From Patescibacteria group bacterium (GTDB lineage: Bacteria > Patescibacteriota > Microgenomatia > UBA10105 > UBA927), in assembly GCA_035510735.1 (NCBI GenBank), contig DATKGN010000008.1, positions 76,466 to 140,465 of the forward strand: a DNA stretch of 64,000 nt, given 5' to 3'. Positions 1 through 8,670 of the stretch are shown here, piece by piece (position 1 is the stretch's first letter; every line of letters starts with the position of its first letter). Position numbers and translations under genes: made by a program. The notes under the pieces were generated by a model, which was not told the origin of the DNA, made no database searches, and saw only the letters and a program-made list of their open reading frames with translations.

Positions 1-176
1 ACGCTCCGTATCATTTCACGCGTGTTATCCTCGCTTCCATTATCAACGTATATAAACTCGAATACATATCCGGGAATATCTTTAACGACAGAAGAAAGAG
101 CTTCATAGGCAGGAATAACATTCAGCTCTTCGTTATAACAGGGAATTCCTATTGAAATAAGTTTTTTGCGACCCAT
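1..176 (-). CDS. Glycosyltransferase family 2, N-terminal fragment (gene continues past window start)
   Basis: Reverse translation from ATG at 176..174 gives MGRKKLISIGIPCYNEELNVIPAYEAL. IPCYNEE is the canonical GT2 N-terminal motif. Not in the ORF track because it is truncated by the window edge. Confidence 0.55.
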   Translation of the reverse strand, partial: MGRKKLISIGIPCYNEELNVIPAYEALSSVVKDIPGYVFEFIYVDNGSEDNTREMIRS

Positions 177-234
177 AAAGCGAACCCATCATAATCGTAA
201 ATCCTGCTCTTGTAAAGCGCTTTTTGGTTGCCAA

Positions 235-1122
235 TCAAATTCTAACGGAGGACTTTTTGAAGAATTCGTCCTTTTTGATTTGCGCAATATTGAGGCTTCT
301 GTAATGAGTTTTATAGTACGCATACAGTTTAGCTATCCCCTCTTCATATGTATGGAAACGAAACCGGGGAAGCTCGTGCCTTAGCTGTCGGTTACTGCCG
401 GTATATTGAAAATTGAGCCCCGGGTATCTGACCATAACAGAACCCTTTACTCCTGAGAGTGTTTGAATAATCCGGACAATGTCTGATAATTTTATCGACT
501 CATCAGGCGTCACATTGTAGACGCGATGACGCATCTGGTGTGTCAGCATATGCTCAATAATTTTAACGAGGTCGTCAATATACAAATAATCAAAAATAAC
601 ATCCTGTTTAATTACAATGGGAATTCCCGAGAGCTGTTTCACGATCGCATTAGAAATGAATTTGATGCAATAATCTTCATGAGACCCATACACACCAAAC
701 GGCCGAAGTGTTATGATATTTTTCCGGGTTTTTGAAAGAAGACTCATGAGATATTTAGCCATCCCGTACTCATCGGCGGGCAACAATTGCCCAAAAGAGC
801 TCTCTGTAACACGAATTAAATCCCACCGTTTATCATATTCTGCGCCGGATCCGAACGTAATAATTTTTGAAAGCCTGTCGCCCTGTTCAAGTAAATTCAC
901 AAACATCCTAACACTTTCTGCAAACCCACCGAACCGTTCTCCCGTTGCACAATGAATGACCGTATTAATGCTGTGCTTGGTGATGTAGCTACTAACCTTT
1001 ACCCCGTCCAGAAGATCCAGTTCTTTATGCGACGGAGCAAAGACTGAAAATTTCCGCTTGAGAGTTGTTGCGATATTACATCCGAAAAATCCGCTCCCGC
1101 CGGTCACAAGTACATGTTTCAT
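235..1122 (-). CDS. NAD(P)-dependent sugar epimerase/reductase, Fcl/RmlD-like short-chain dehydrogenase
   Basis: 295 aa. Rossmann motif VTGGSGFFG at the N-terminus, catalytic YGMAKY (YxxxK), and ELDLLD...VIHCA as in GDP-fucose synthase / dTDP-4-dehydrorhamnose reductase. Confidence 0.8.
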   Translation of the reverse strand: MKHVLVTGGSGFFGCNIATTLKRKFSVFAPSHKELDLLDGVKVSSYITKHSINTVIHCATGERFGGFAESVRMFVNLLEQGDRLSKIITFGSGAEYDKRWDLIRVTESSFGQLLPADEYGMAKYLMSLLSKTRKNIITLRPFGVYGSHEDYCIKFISNAIVKQLSGIPIVIKQDVIFDYLYIDDLVKIIEHMLTHQMRHRVYNVTPDESIKLSDIVRIIQTLSGVKGSVMVRYPGLNFQYTGSNRQLRHELPRFRFHTYEEGIAKLYAYYKTHYRSLNIAQIKKDEFFKKSSVRI

Positions 1123-1214
1123 GTCGAATCATTATATCCCGACACGTCGATTTGTCTACCCGCTATATTTTCATCTTCTGACACGTATGGTAAAAGATAA
1201 AGATTAGACCTACC

Positions 1215-2597
1215 ATGATAACTATGTCACGGATTCGCTATTCCACTATAGTATCAGGCATTATTTTTATCATTATTCTTACGGCTGTATTCCTCCTACG
1301 GTATTTCTACCTTAGAAACGCGGGAGAACTCCTGACTCCCCCAGATAGCACCGGCTATTACGAGCGCGTAGAGGAATTTACGACATCGCCGCTTACCGCT
1401 TTTTTCTCGGAATACCGGACGCCCGGCTACCCGCTCTTCATCCTTTCAATTTTCAAACTCACAGGGACTGCGATTGCTCCTGTCTGGTCTCCCGCATTTT
1501 TCCGTGGTATGGAGGCCGTCGTCTTTACGCAAACACTCATAGGCATAGCCGGTCTCATATTGCTTACCTATATTTGTCTTCGGGTCGGCATCCCAAAATC
1601 GGTAAGCTATGTTTTTATACTATTTACCGGCGCAAATATTCTCCTTTTTACCTGGGAACGGTCGATTCTGGGCGAAAGTCTGTCAACAACAGTGCTTATC
1701 CTATACGTGTATCTCTTTCTGTTGCTCCTTGATAAAGCGACAATCCGTAAATTGTTTTTATTTACACTCATCTCGATCGTATTGTTTTTAGTGCGGCCGA
1801 TATTTATCGTACTCCCGTTTGCAGTCCTTCCGATTGTTGGAATGTATCATCGAAGTAAAACGGTGACAAACAAAGTTCTGCTTTTCATGGCCATATGGCT
1901 TCTCATTCCGCTCATCTATATGAATGCCAATACGATCCTTCACGGATACTCAGGTGTCAACCACATCAACGATATCAATGTGCTTGGCCGTATTTTAGCC
2001 CACGATTTACCGATAAATTCCGGAAAAGACGTTCCGTATTTCTACAACAATGTTAATAATTTTAGAACAAATCACGGTGACACCTCAATGCCGTACATTT
2101 TCCTCAATTACATAGATCCTACAATTTACGGAAACACGCTTCGCCTGAACGAACTGCAAAAATTTGACGGACAAATAATGCTGGGAGCTCCCCTGCCGTT
2201 TTTAGAAAGCGTTATTGCAGACGTCCCGACGATGCTCCTTCACACGGACTTTACCGATATCACCGGTATTCAAACAATACAGAGTCCGCGCATCCGTTCC
2301 TTTTATCAGATGTTGTTTACTTTTTACCACTCAATAAAACCGCTCACCTTTTTATTTCTACCGTTATTTCTGTTCATCTTTTTTAAACTGATGCACACAA
2401 AGAAAAATATATGGCTTGCGTTTCTGACGTGTTTAGGAAGTATTACGCTGTATCAGATTGTCGTCGCGCTCGTGTTTGGCTATGCGGAATTCGACCGCCT
2501 CATCATTCCTATAGAGCCGCTTCTCTATTTATTTTGTTTTGCAGGGATTTGGGAATTTATTCAGACGGTAAAACAAAGTATCTACCGCACCCGATAA
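1215..2597 (+). CDS. Polytopic membrane protein, putative GT-C glycosyltransferase (PMT_2/ArnT-like), subfamily A
   Basis: 460 aa with at least 10 hydrophobic segments. The first loop has DSTGYYERVEEF...RTPGYPLFIL, resembling the PMT_2 loop motif. Its soluble segment (INDINVLGRILAHDLPINSGKDVP) is paralogous to ORF 14074..15387 (ISDVNLWGKLLVLHLPIDQVPDIQ). Confidence 0.65.
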   Translation: MITMSRIRYSTIVSGIIFIIILTAVFLLRYFYLRNAGELLTPPDSTGYYERVEEFTTSPLTAFFSEYRTPGYPLFILSIFKLTGTAIAPVWSPAFFRGMEAVVFTQTLIGIAGLILLTYICLRVGIPKSVSYVFILFTGANILLFTWERSILGESLSTTVLILYVYLFLLLLDKATIRKLFLFTLISIVLFLVRPIFIVLPFAVLPIVGMYHRSKTVTNKVLLFMAIWLLIPLIYMNANTILHGYSGVNHINDINVLGRILAHDLPINSGKDVPYFYNNVNNFRTNHGDTSMPYIFLNYIDPTIYGNTLRLNELQKFDGQIMLGAPLPFLESVIADVPTMLLHTDFTDITGIQTIQSPRIRSFYQMLFTFYHSIKPLTFLFLPLFLFIFFKLMHTKKNIWLAFLTCLGSITLYQIVVALVFGYAEFDRLIIPIEPLLYLFCFAGIWEFIQTVKQSIYRTR

Positions 2598-4237
2598 AGT
2601 ATTGTGTCCCCTTCTTGATATACAGGTACGAGAAATTGATACGGAAGCACCGTAAACGCCGGATTCATGTGTTCCGTCGGAGAATAAAGAACAAAACGAA
2701 TAGTATTTGTTTTGATAAACTGCGCAGCTTCACTTTGCGTCATATTGCCGCTGTAAAAAGATTCCATACGGTTTCCCACATCCCAAAACCCGGGCGATTC
2801 CATAAGCCGGTGCCACCAACTCGTATAGGTTACGTTACCCGAAAACGCAGGGATGAGGTTGCCGGTAAAGTAACCGCTCAGGATAACATCATCTTCCTTG
2901 GAATGTTTTGATAACCAGGATAAGGTATCAATAACCGTTTTCTTTGGATACCCAAACGCAAACGCATCGGCATTACAAAAACAAACGAACAGACGATTAT
3001 AGCTTACCTGATATGAGTAATACCCTGACAGCAGTACAATTGCCAATAATCCTCCGGCAATAAGCGACGTCGAAATTGTATGAACGTACTTCTGAATTAT
3101 CCGTGCGATATCAAATAAACCCACTGTCGCAAGCATGCCGAATCCCACGTAATACGGCAAAAGGAAATATCTGATCCTGTTGATGTGCAGTAATACCGGC
3201 AAAATATATTCGCCAACAGGGTGCATGATTATCCAGGGAAGGATGAGAAGAAATATCGTTTTCCCGTCTTTCCAAACCCGATAGGTGGCAATAATGGAAA
3301 AGACATACGTCGCGCCCATCGTGAGGATGTATTGCATAACGGTGAGATGAAAAGGATTTAGTTCCTCCGTATGGGAAAACGAATACGGGCCCCAAATCGT
3401 AGTCATGACGTAGCGGACATACAGAATTGGTAAACCCGAAATGAGTGCATAGGAAAATAAAATTTGCGCCTGCGTGATAAGAACTTTTTTGATCTGACGA
3501 TTTTTGCGGAGTCGGAAAGCAATGAGACAAAAATACAAAGGCAAGGAACTGACGATTAGGACCATCCCAGGGGCATTAATAAGCGACGCAAGAGCTCCGG
3601 TTGCGACCGACCAGATAAAATAACGGGTGCGGGTCGGGGCATCGAGTACTCGCGATAGGAAATAAAGCGATGCTACGGTGAGTGCGCCGCCCAAAAGATA
3701 ATGAATTCCTGCGGTTGTTAACCGTTGGGTCACAAGCGCATCCATCACGCTCGTCGCTACAAAATCCTTGAGAGGAGAAATCGTGATGCTCGTCCCGAAT
3801 AGAACAAGAATATAAGCAACAACGCGCTCGAACGGACGTTGCCATACATACGCAATAACACGGTAAATAATATAAAAAAACAGGAGTGATGTAATGAACC
3901 GCGCAATGTGAAATGCAATGAGCGGGTCGATAAGAAGGAGTCGCGCGAACATTCCGATCGTCGTATATTCCATTTTTACGAATGACCAGCTCGCTGGAAG
4001 GGTTGAAGAAATATTAAGGAACGACTCAAGGTGGCCGTTATACCCCTGACGGATAAGACCTAAATTCCATGTTGTATCAATCGGATATTCATCGGCCATA
4101 CCATAATAAAACAAGTCATGCGGCGCCCGCTGGTAATTAACGTAAATCGGGTAATATGAAATAATAAGGAGAACGAGGGCGGCAATAACGCACCAGAATA
4201 TATTACTGCGGAACCACGAATATATCTTTTTTGTCAT
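2582..4237 (-). CDS. Polytopic membrane protein, putative GT-C glycosyltransferase, subfamily B (shared C-terminal extracytoplasmic module)
   Basis: 551 aa, multi-TM. The C-terminal DVILSGYFTGNLIPAFSGN...FYSGNMTQSEAAQFIKTNTIRFVLY module is shared with ORFs 9782, 17892 and 19896. Confidence 0.7.
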   Translation of the reverse strand: MTKKIYSWFRSNIFWCVIAALVLLIISYYPIYVNYQRAPHDLFYYGMADEYPIDTTWNLGLIRQGYNGHLESFLNISSTLPASWSFVKMEYTTIGMFARLLLIDPLIAFHIARFITSLLFFYIIYRVIAYVWQRPFERVVAYILVLFGTSITISPLKDFVATSVMDALVTQRLTTAGIHYLLGGALTVASLYFLSRVLDAPTRTRYFIWSVATGALASLINAPGMVLIVSSLPLYFCLIAFRLRKNRQIKKVLITQAQILFSYALISGLPILYVRYVMTTIWGPYSFSHTEELNPFHLTVMQYILTMGATYVFSIIATYRVWKDGKTIFLLILPWIIMHPVGEYILPVLLHINRIRYFLLPYYVGFGMLATVGLFDIARIIQKYVHTISTSLIAGGLLAIVLLSGYYSYQVSYNRLFVCFCNADAFAFGYPKKTVIDTLSWLSKHSKEDDVILSGYFTGNLIPAFSGNVTYTSWWHRLMESPGFWDVGNRMESFYSGNMTQSEAAQFIKTNTIRFVLYSPTEHMNPAFTVLPYQFLVPVYQEGDTILYRVR

Positions 4238-4256
4238 AGGAACTCTTCTTAGAGTA

Positions 4257-4997
4257 TTACGACTTTAACCCCAATGGCAAATAGACGAGGGGCCGGAATA
4301 TGCTCCACCAACTTTTCAAAGAAACCATTTTTGTATTTAATTTCATCTCCTTATGATATTTTTTTGTTACAGCAATCTCCCCCACTTTATAGTGCAATTT
4401 GATCACTTTGTAAAAAAAATACGGCTCAAGCTCATATCGATTGAGCCATGTTTGTTTAAGCCTGATTCGCTTATCAGAAATAAGTGAGCTTTTAAACGCA
4501 CGAAGCCCGTTGGTCGCGTCGGTTGTAGGAAATCCTGATACGAGTGCAAAAAGTACCGAATATATTCTCGTAAGAAACGATCTACTAAAGGGGTGTTGGA
4601 TTCTTTTTCCGCCTTTCATCCAGCGTGAGCCGTGGATATACGAATAACCGCCGTCCGTGAGTTTTGCGACGAGTGGTTTGATATCATTTGGGTCGTCCTG
4701 ATCATCTCCTGCCATGAGAACAGTAATATCATAATTGTGTGTGTTTGCCCAGAAAAATCCAGTTCTGATGGCAGCTCCTGCTCCTGAATTAACCGGGTGG
4801 CTGATGACGGTAGCGCCTGCTTTTTTCGCCTCAACGGCTGTTGCATCAACCGACCCGTCGTCAACGACGATAACCGCATCAACCAAGCCATAACAAATCT
4901 TCTTCAATCGCTCTACCGATGGCCCTATTTTCCCTGCTTCATTAAGACATGGCATAATGACGGCAACAGTATTTTTTTTATACATACGATGACGCAA
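4257..4997 (-). CDS. Glycosyltransferase family 2 (polyprenyl-phosphate sugar synthase / DPM1-like)
   Basis: 246 aa. VAVIMPCLNEAGKIG and VVDDGSVDAT (DxD region), typical of GT2. Confidence 0.85.
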   Translation of the reverse strand: MRHRMYKKNTVAVIMPCLNEAGKIGPSVERLKKICYGLVDAVIVVDDGSVDATAVEAKKAGATVISHPVNSGAGAAIRTGFFWANTHNYDITVLMAGDDQDDPNDIKPLVAKLTDGGYSYIHGSRWMKGGKRIQHPFSRSFLTRIYSVLFALVSGFPTTDATNGLRAFKSSLISDKRIRLKQTWLNRYELEPYFFYKVIKLHYKVGEIAVTKKYHKEMKLNTKMVSLKSWWSIFRPLVYLPLGLKS

Positions 4998-5997
4998 ATT
5001 TACGGAAATCTACTTCCTTTTTTTCTCTCAGTGACTGCGATATCGCTTCAAGAAGAAGAACATTCGTAAACCCGTCGGACACCGAGGTAATCGGTTCCTG
5101 CTCTTTATTAATACATGCGACAAAATGCTTAATCTCGGTCGCCAAAGGATCAATCGGCTCAATTCTCGGGATAAACACATTCCCTAAGCGGAATGCGGCT
5201 TTATACGGATCGGTTTCCGACGGATACCGAATAATGGTATTATAAATTTTCACAGGTTCAATCTGATTGGTATCTTCAAAAACCGCCATCCTTTTCCGTC
5301 CCAAGAGAGTGAGCATCCGGATTTTCATAGGATAAAGCCACGCAACGTTAATGGTCACGAGCATGGAGCTTCCGTATTCAAGCATAATGGACGCGATGTC
5401 TTCCTGCGGGTGTCTCATATACCGTTTGGCTTTTGCAAAAATTGAGGTGGGCATTTTATTTCCGAGAAGGTACGTAATCATGGAAAGGTCATGCGGGGCA
5501 AAATCCCAGATGATATTGACGTCATCGCGGATCGGCCCGTAACTTTGCCGCTTACATTCAATGTGAAAGAGTTTTCCGAAATATCGTTTATCAACTTTCG
5601 CTTTCAGCCATCGGACCGCCTGATTATAAAGAAACGTATGGCCTACCAAAACGCATGCCTTATACTTTTTCACCAACTGTTTAAGCTCTACAGCCTGGAC
5701 AAGTGAACTCGTGAGCGGTTTTTCGATAAGGAGAGCAGTGCCGGTCGGAATGATCTTTTTAGCGAGCGCGAAGTGCGTTGTTGCGGGCGTAGCAATAATG
5801 ATGCCATCGAGTTTTTGTTTAATCAGCTCATCGACGGAGGCGGTAGTGTGAACGTGCGGATATCTTTTCTTAACATCTGATAACATCTCGGGCCTGAGTT
5901 CGCACACCCAGGAAAGCTCCGCATCAACCGTGGTATCCAAATATTTAATATAATTTCTTCCCCAGTATCCCCATCCGATAATGCCGAGTTTAATCAT
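4978..5997 (-). CDS. Gfo/Idh/MocA-family NAD-dependent sugar-nucleotide dehydrogenase (WbpB/WlbA-like)
   Basis: 339 aa. N-terminal Rossmann MIKLGIIGWGYWGRNYI and EKPL motif (LLIEKPLTSS). Paralog of ORF 6820..7842. Confidence 0.85.
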   Translation of the reverse strand: MIKLGIIGWGYWGRNYIKYLDTTVDAELSWVCELRPEMLSDVKKRYPHVHTTASVDELIKQKLDGIIIATPATTHFALAKKIIPTGTALLIEKPLTSSLVQAVELKQLVKKYKACVLVGHTFLYNQAVRWLKAKVDKRYFGKLFHIECKRQSYGPIRDDVNIIWDFAPHDLSMITYLLGNKMPTSIFAKAKRYMRHPQEDIASIMLEYGSSMLVTINVAWLYPMKIRMLTLLGRKRMAVFEDTNQIEPVKIYNTIIRYPSETDPYKAAFRLGNVFIPRIEPIDPLATEIKHFVACINKEQEPITSVSDGFTNVLLLEAISQSLREKKEVDFRKFASSYV

Positions 5998-6053
5998 AGT
6001 GTGTTTGTATGCAAATCTACCTCATTTGTCAATAGAATCGCACATGATATCAT

Positions 6054-6755
6054 ATGCCCATGCGTCTTTCATCACTATCAATACTCATTCCTGCATACAA
6101 TGTTGAGCATACAATTAACAAAGTGGTTACAGATGCCCATGCGGTTGGAAAACAAGTAACGGACAATCTTGAGATCATCGTAACTGACGACGCCAGCGGT
6201 GATGCAACGGGTAAGCAGCTCCTTCACCTGAAACAAACGGTGCCGCATCTCCGGATTATTACGCATAAAATTAATCGGGGATACGGAAAAACCATTAAAG
6301 AACTATACCAATTAGGCCGAAGGGAATGGTTATTTTCGCTTCCGGGTGATGACCAATTTGATGCAAAAGAACTCATGGCGTTACTGCCCGAAACAAAACA
6401 TGCTGACATGATTTTGGGTTGGCGGGAAAAACGTCAGGACTCACTACGACGCCTCATCCAATCCAAAACGTACAACGCAATTCTCAATATTCTCTTCCAT
6501 CTCAACGTCCATGATGTGAATACCATTCGACTCATGAAACGATCTGTTGTTCATTCAATCCCCCTCAATTCTGATACCGCTTTCGTCGATGCAGAACTTG
6601 CGATACGATTACAGAAAAAGAAATTAAAGATTATTGAAATTCCGATTCATCATAAAATGAGAAAAGATACAGGCGCAACCGGCGGAAAATTTATTATAAC
6701 TATCTATCCGACAATCATTGATATTATCCGGATGAAATTCAGCGGGAATACGTAA
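6054..6755 (+). CDS. Glycosyltransferase family 2
   Basis: 233 aa. LSILIPAYNVEHTI and IVTDDASGDAT (DxD). Confidence 0.8.
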   Translation: MPMRLSSLSILIPAYNVEHTINKVVTDAHAVGKQVTDNLEIIVTDDASGDATGKQLLHLKQTVPHLRIITHKINRGYGKTIKELYQLGRREWLFSLPGDDQFDAKELMALLPETKHADMILGWREKRQDSLRRLIQSKTYNAILNILFHLNVHDVNTIRLMKRSVVHSIPLNSDTAFVDAELAIRLQKKKLKIIEIPIHHKMRKDTGATGGKFIITIYPTIIDIIRMKFSGNT

Positions 6756-6819
6756 GCTCTTGAATTTTTGGTGAGTATTATGGTACTGTGAGCGGTGACC
6801 TGCCTCAATTACGCTTATC

Positions 6820-7842
6820 ATGACAACGCATATTGCAGTTATTGGGTACGGCTACTGGGGACCAAACATCGTCCGCAATTTTTCGAAGGTCGACGATACT
6901 GAAGTTACATGGGTCTGCGACATGAACCCCAAGGTTGTAGCCGAAATTCCCCATCTCTATCCGACAATTCATGTAACGAACGATGTCACAGAAATGTTAA
7001 ACGATGACAATGTTGATGCCGTGGTCATCGCCACTCCGACAGCCAGTCACTACGCGCTTGCAAAACTTGCGCTTGCTGCAGGGAAACATGTGCTCGTTGA
7101 AAAACCGATGACGCAAACGGCAAAAGAAGCCGACAAATTAGTACGCTTCGCGAAAAAGGCAAAAAAAGTTCTCATGGTCGATCACACATTTATCTATACG
7201 CCGGCAATCCGGAAAATTAAATCAATTATCGATAAAGGCGAACTCGGTGAGATCTACTATGTCGACAGCGTAAGGACTAATTTGGGTATACTGCAAAAAG
7301 ACAGTAATGTAATTTTTGATCTGGCAACTCATGATTTTTCCATCATGGATTATTTGTTTCATCAAATGCCACTGACCATTTCGGCAACCGGAATTTCCCA
7401 TAAACAATTAAATCAGGAAACAGTCGCCCATATCGCGGCAATGTATAAACATAATCTATTCCTCCACTGTCATGTCAATTGGCTTTCACCGGAAAAAATC
7501 CGGAGAATGATATTCGTCGGAACGAAAAAGATGCTGACGTATGATGACATAGAACCTTCGGAAAAAATTAAAATCTACGACAAAGGAGTGTCGTTTACCA
7601 AAGACCCGAAGCAGTCGTATCAACTCCGGATCGGTTACCGGAGCGGCGACATCACCTCTCCCCATATCCCTATCGAAGAAGGACTGTATGGTATGGCGAA
7701 AGAATTTGTAAAATCAATACAGTCTAAAAAGCATCCGATTACCGACGGCGAAATGGGTGTTCGGGTTATCCGTTGTATAACAAAAGCAACGGAATCATTG
7801 AGGTCAGGAGGAAAACCCGTTTCTCTGTCATTCCGGGCTTGA
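6820..7842 (+). CDS. Gfo/Idh/MocA-family NAD-dependent oxidoreductase (second paralog)
   Basis: 340 aa. IAVIGYGYWGPNIV Rossmann motif and VLVEKPMTQT. Aligns along its length with ORF 4978..5997. Confidence 0.85.
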   Translation: MTTHIAVIGYGYWGPNIVRNFSKVDDTEVTWVCDMNPKVVAEIPHLYPTIHVTNDVTEMLNDDNVDAVVIATPTASHYALAKLALAAGKHVLVEKPMTQTAKEADKLVRFAKKAKKVLMVDHTFIYTPAIRKIKSIIDKGELGEIYYVDSVRTNLGILQKDSNVIFDLATHDFSIMDYLFHQMPLTISATGISHKQLNQETVAHIAAMYKHNLFLHCHVNWLSPEKIRRMIFVGTKKMLTYDDIEPSEKIKIYDKGVSFTKDPKQSYQLRIGYRSGDITSPHIPIEEGLYGMAKEFVKSIQSKKHPITDGEMGVRVIRCITKATESLRSGGKPVSLSFRA

Positions 7843-7859
7843 CCCGGAATCCATTATTT

Positions 7860-8150
7860 ATGATCAAACACTACTTTGTCTACATGTTAGCCAGCAAAGC
7901 AAATGGGACTATTTATATCGGTGTAACTAATAACCTTCCAAAACGAATTACTGAACACAAGCACGATTTCGCTGACGGTTTTTCGAAAAAATATCGTGTC
8001 CATAGACTTGTCTACTATGAAATGTATACTGATATTAAAGAGGCAATTCATAGAGAAAAACAATTAAAGTGGTGGAAAAGAGATTGGAAAATAAAACTGA
8101 TTATTGAAAAAAATCCTGGGTGGAATGATTTATATAAAACAATTTTCTAA
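7860..8150 (+). CDS. GIY-YIG nuclease-family small protein (UPF0213-like)
   Basis: Internal Met of the 7773 ORF (MIKHYFVYMLASKANGTIYIGVTNNLPKRITEHK) gives a 96-aa protein with the GIY..YIG..R..EH motif. The upstream part of the track ORF overlaps the preceding gene in another frame, so the start was moved. Confidence 0.7.
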   Translation: MIKHYFVYMLASKANGTIYIGVTNNLPKRITEHKHDFADGFSKKYRVHRLVYYEMYTDIKEAIHREKQLKWWKRDWKIKLIIEKNPGWNDLYKTIF

Positions 8151-8165
8151 ACAATAAGACTGGAT

Positions 8166-8183
8166 CCCGGCTCAGAGGCCGGG
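8166..8183 (+). terminator. GC-rich hairpin cccggc-tcagag-gccggg downstream of the GIY-YIG gene
   Basis: Perfect 6-bp GC stem, 6-nt loop, 16 nt after the stop at 8150. Not followed by a T-tract, so an intrinsic terminator is uncertain. Confidence 0.3.
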
Positions 8184-8199
8184 ATGACAAGAAAAGACT

Positions 8200-8670
8200 A
8201 TGATCAAAAAAGATGTAAAACTCGGAAAGAATGTGGTCATTCATCATCCTGAACAGGTTAACCTCTACGGCTGTACCATCGGCGATGGTACACGGATCGG
8301 AGCGTTTGTCGAAATCCGAAACGGCGTGACAATCGGCAAAAACTGTAGACTTCAGGCTTTTATTTTTATACCTGAGGGAATCACGATTGGTGACGGCGTT
8401 TTTATCGGTCCGCATGTCTGTTTTACCAACGATAAACATCCGAAAGCGGTCAATAAAGACGGTTCACCGCTCACTGCCGACGACTGGAAACTTGAAAAAA
8501 CGATCGTCAAAGACCGCGCAGCTATCGGAGCCGGAGCGGTCATTCTACCGGGATTAACCATCGGCCAGGGTGCGGTTGTGGGTGCCGGGTCAGTCGTGAC
8601 CAAAGACGTACCGGACGGCACCACCGTCGTAGGGAATCCCGCAAGAATTCATAAAAAACAAATAATATGA
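8200..8670 (+). CDS. Left-handed beta-helix (hexapeptide-repeat) sugar N-acetyltransferase (WbpD/PglD-like)
   Basis: 156 aa. Repeated [LIV]G-x4 hexapeptides (IGDGTRIGAFVEI, IGDGVFIGPHV, IGAGAVILPGLTIGQGAVVGAGSVV). Confidence 0.85.
   Translation: MIKKDVKLGKNVVIHHPEQVNLYGCTIGDGTRIGAFVEIRNGVTIGKNCRLQAFIFIPEGITIGDGVFIGPHVCFTNDKHPKAVNKDGSPLTADDWKLEKTIVKDRAAIGAGAVILPGLTIGQGAVVGAGSVVTKDVPDGTTVVGNPARIHKKQII

Noticed and set aside
2411-2911. 166-aa plus-strand ORF (and similar ones at 3111-3530, 3576-3845, 4616-4891, 14190-14561 and 18249-18597)
   Set aside because: Embedded antisense or out of frame within well-supported larger genes, with basic low-complexity translations. Shadow ORFs.
5998-6053. 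Sigma70-like promoter (ttgtca ... tatcat) in the divergent spacer between the dehydrogenase and GT2 genes
   Set aside because: Spacing does not fit a canonical -35/-10 pair, and the putative -10 abuts the start codon. This cannot be supported from sequence alone.
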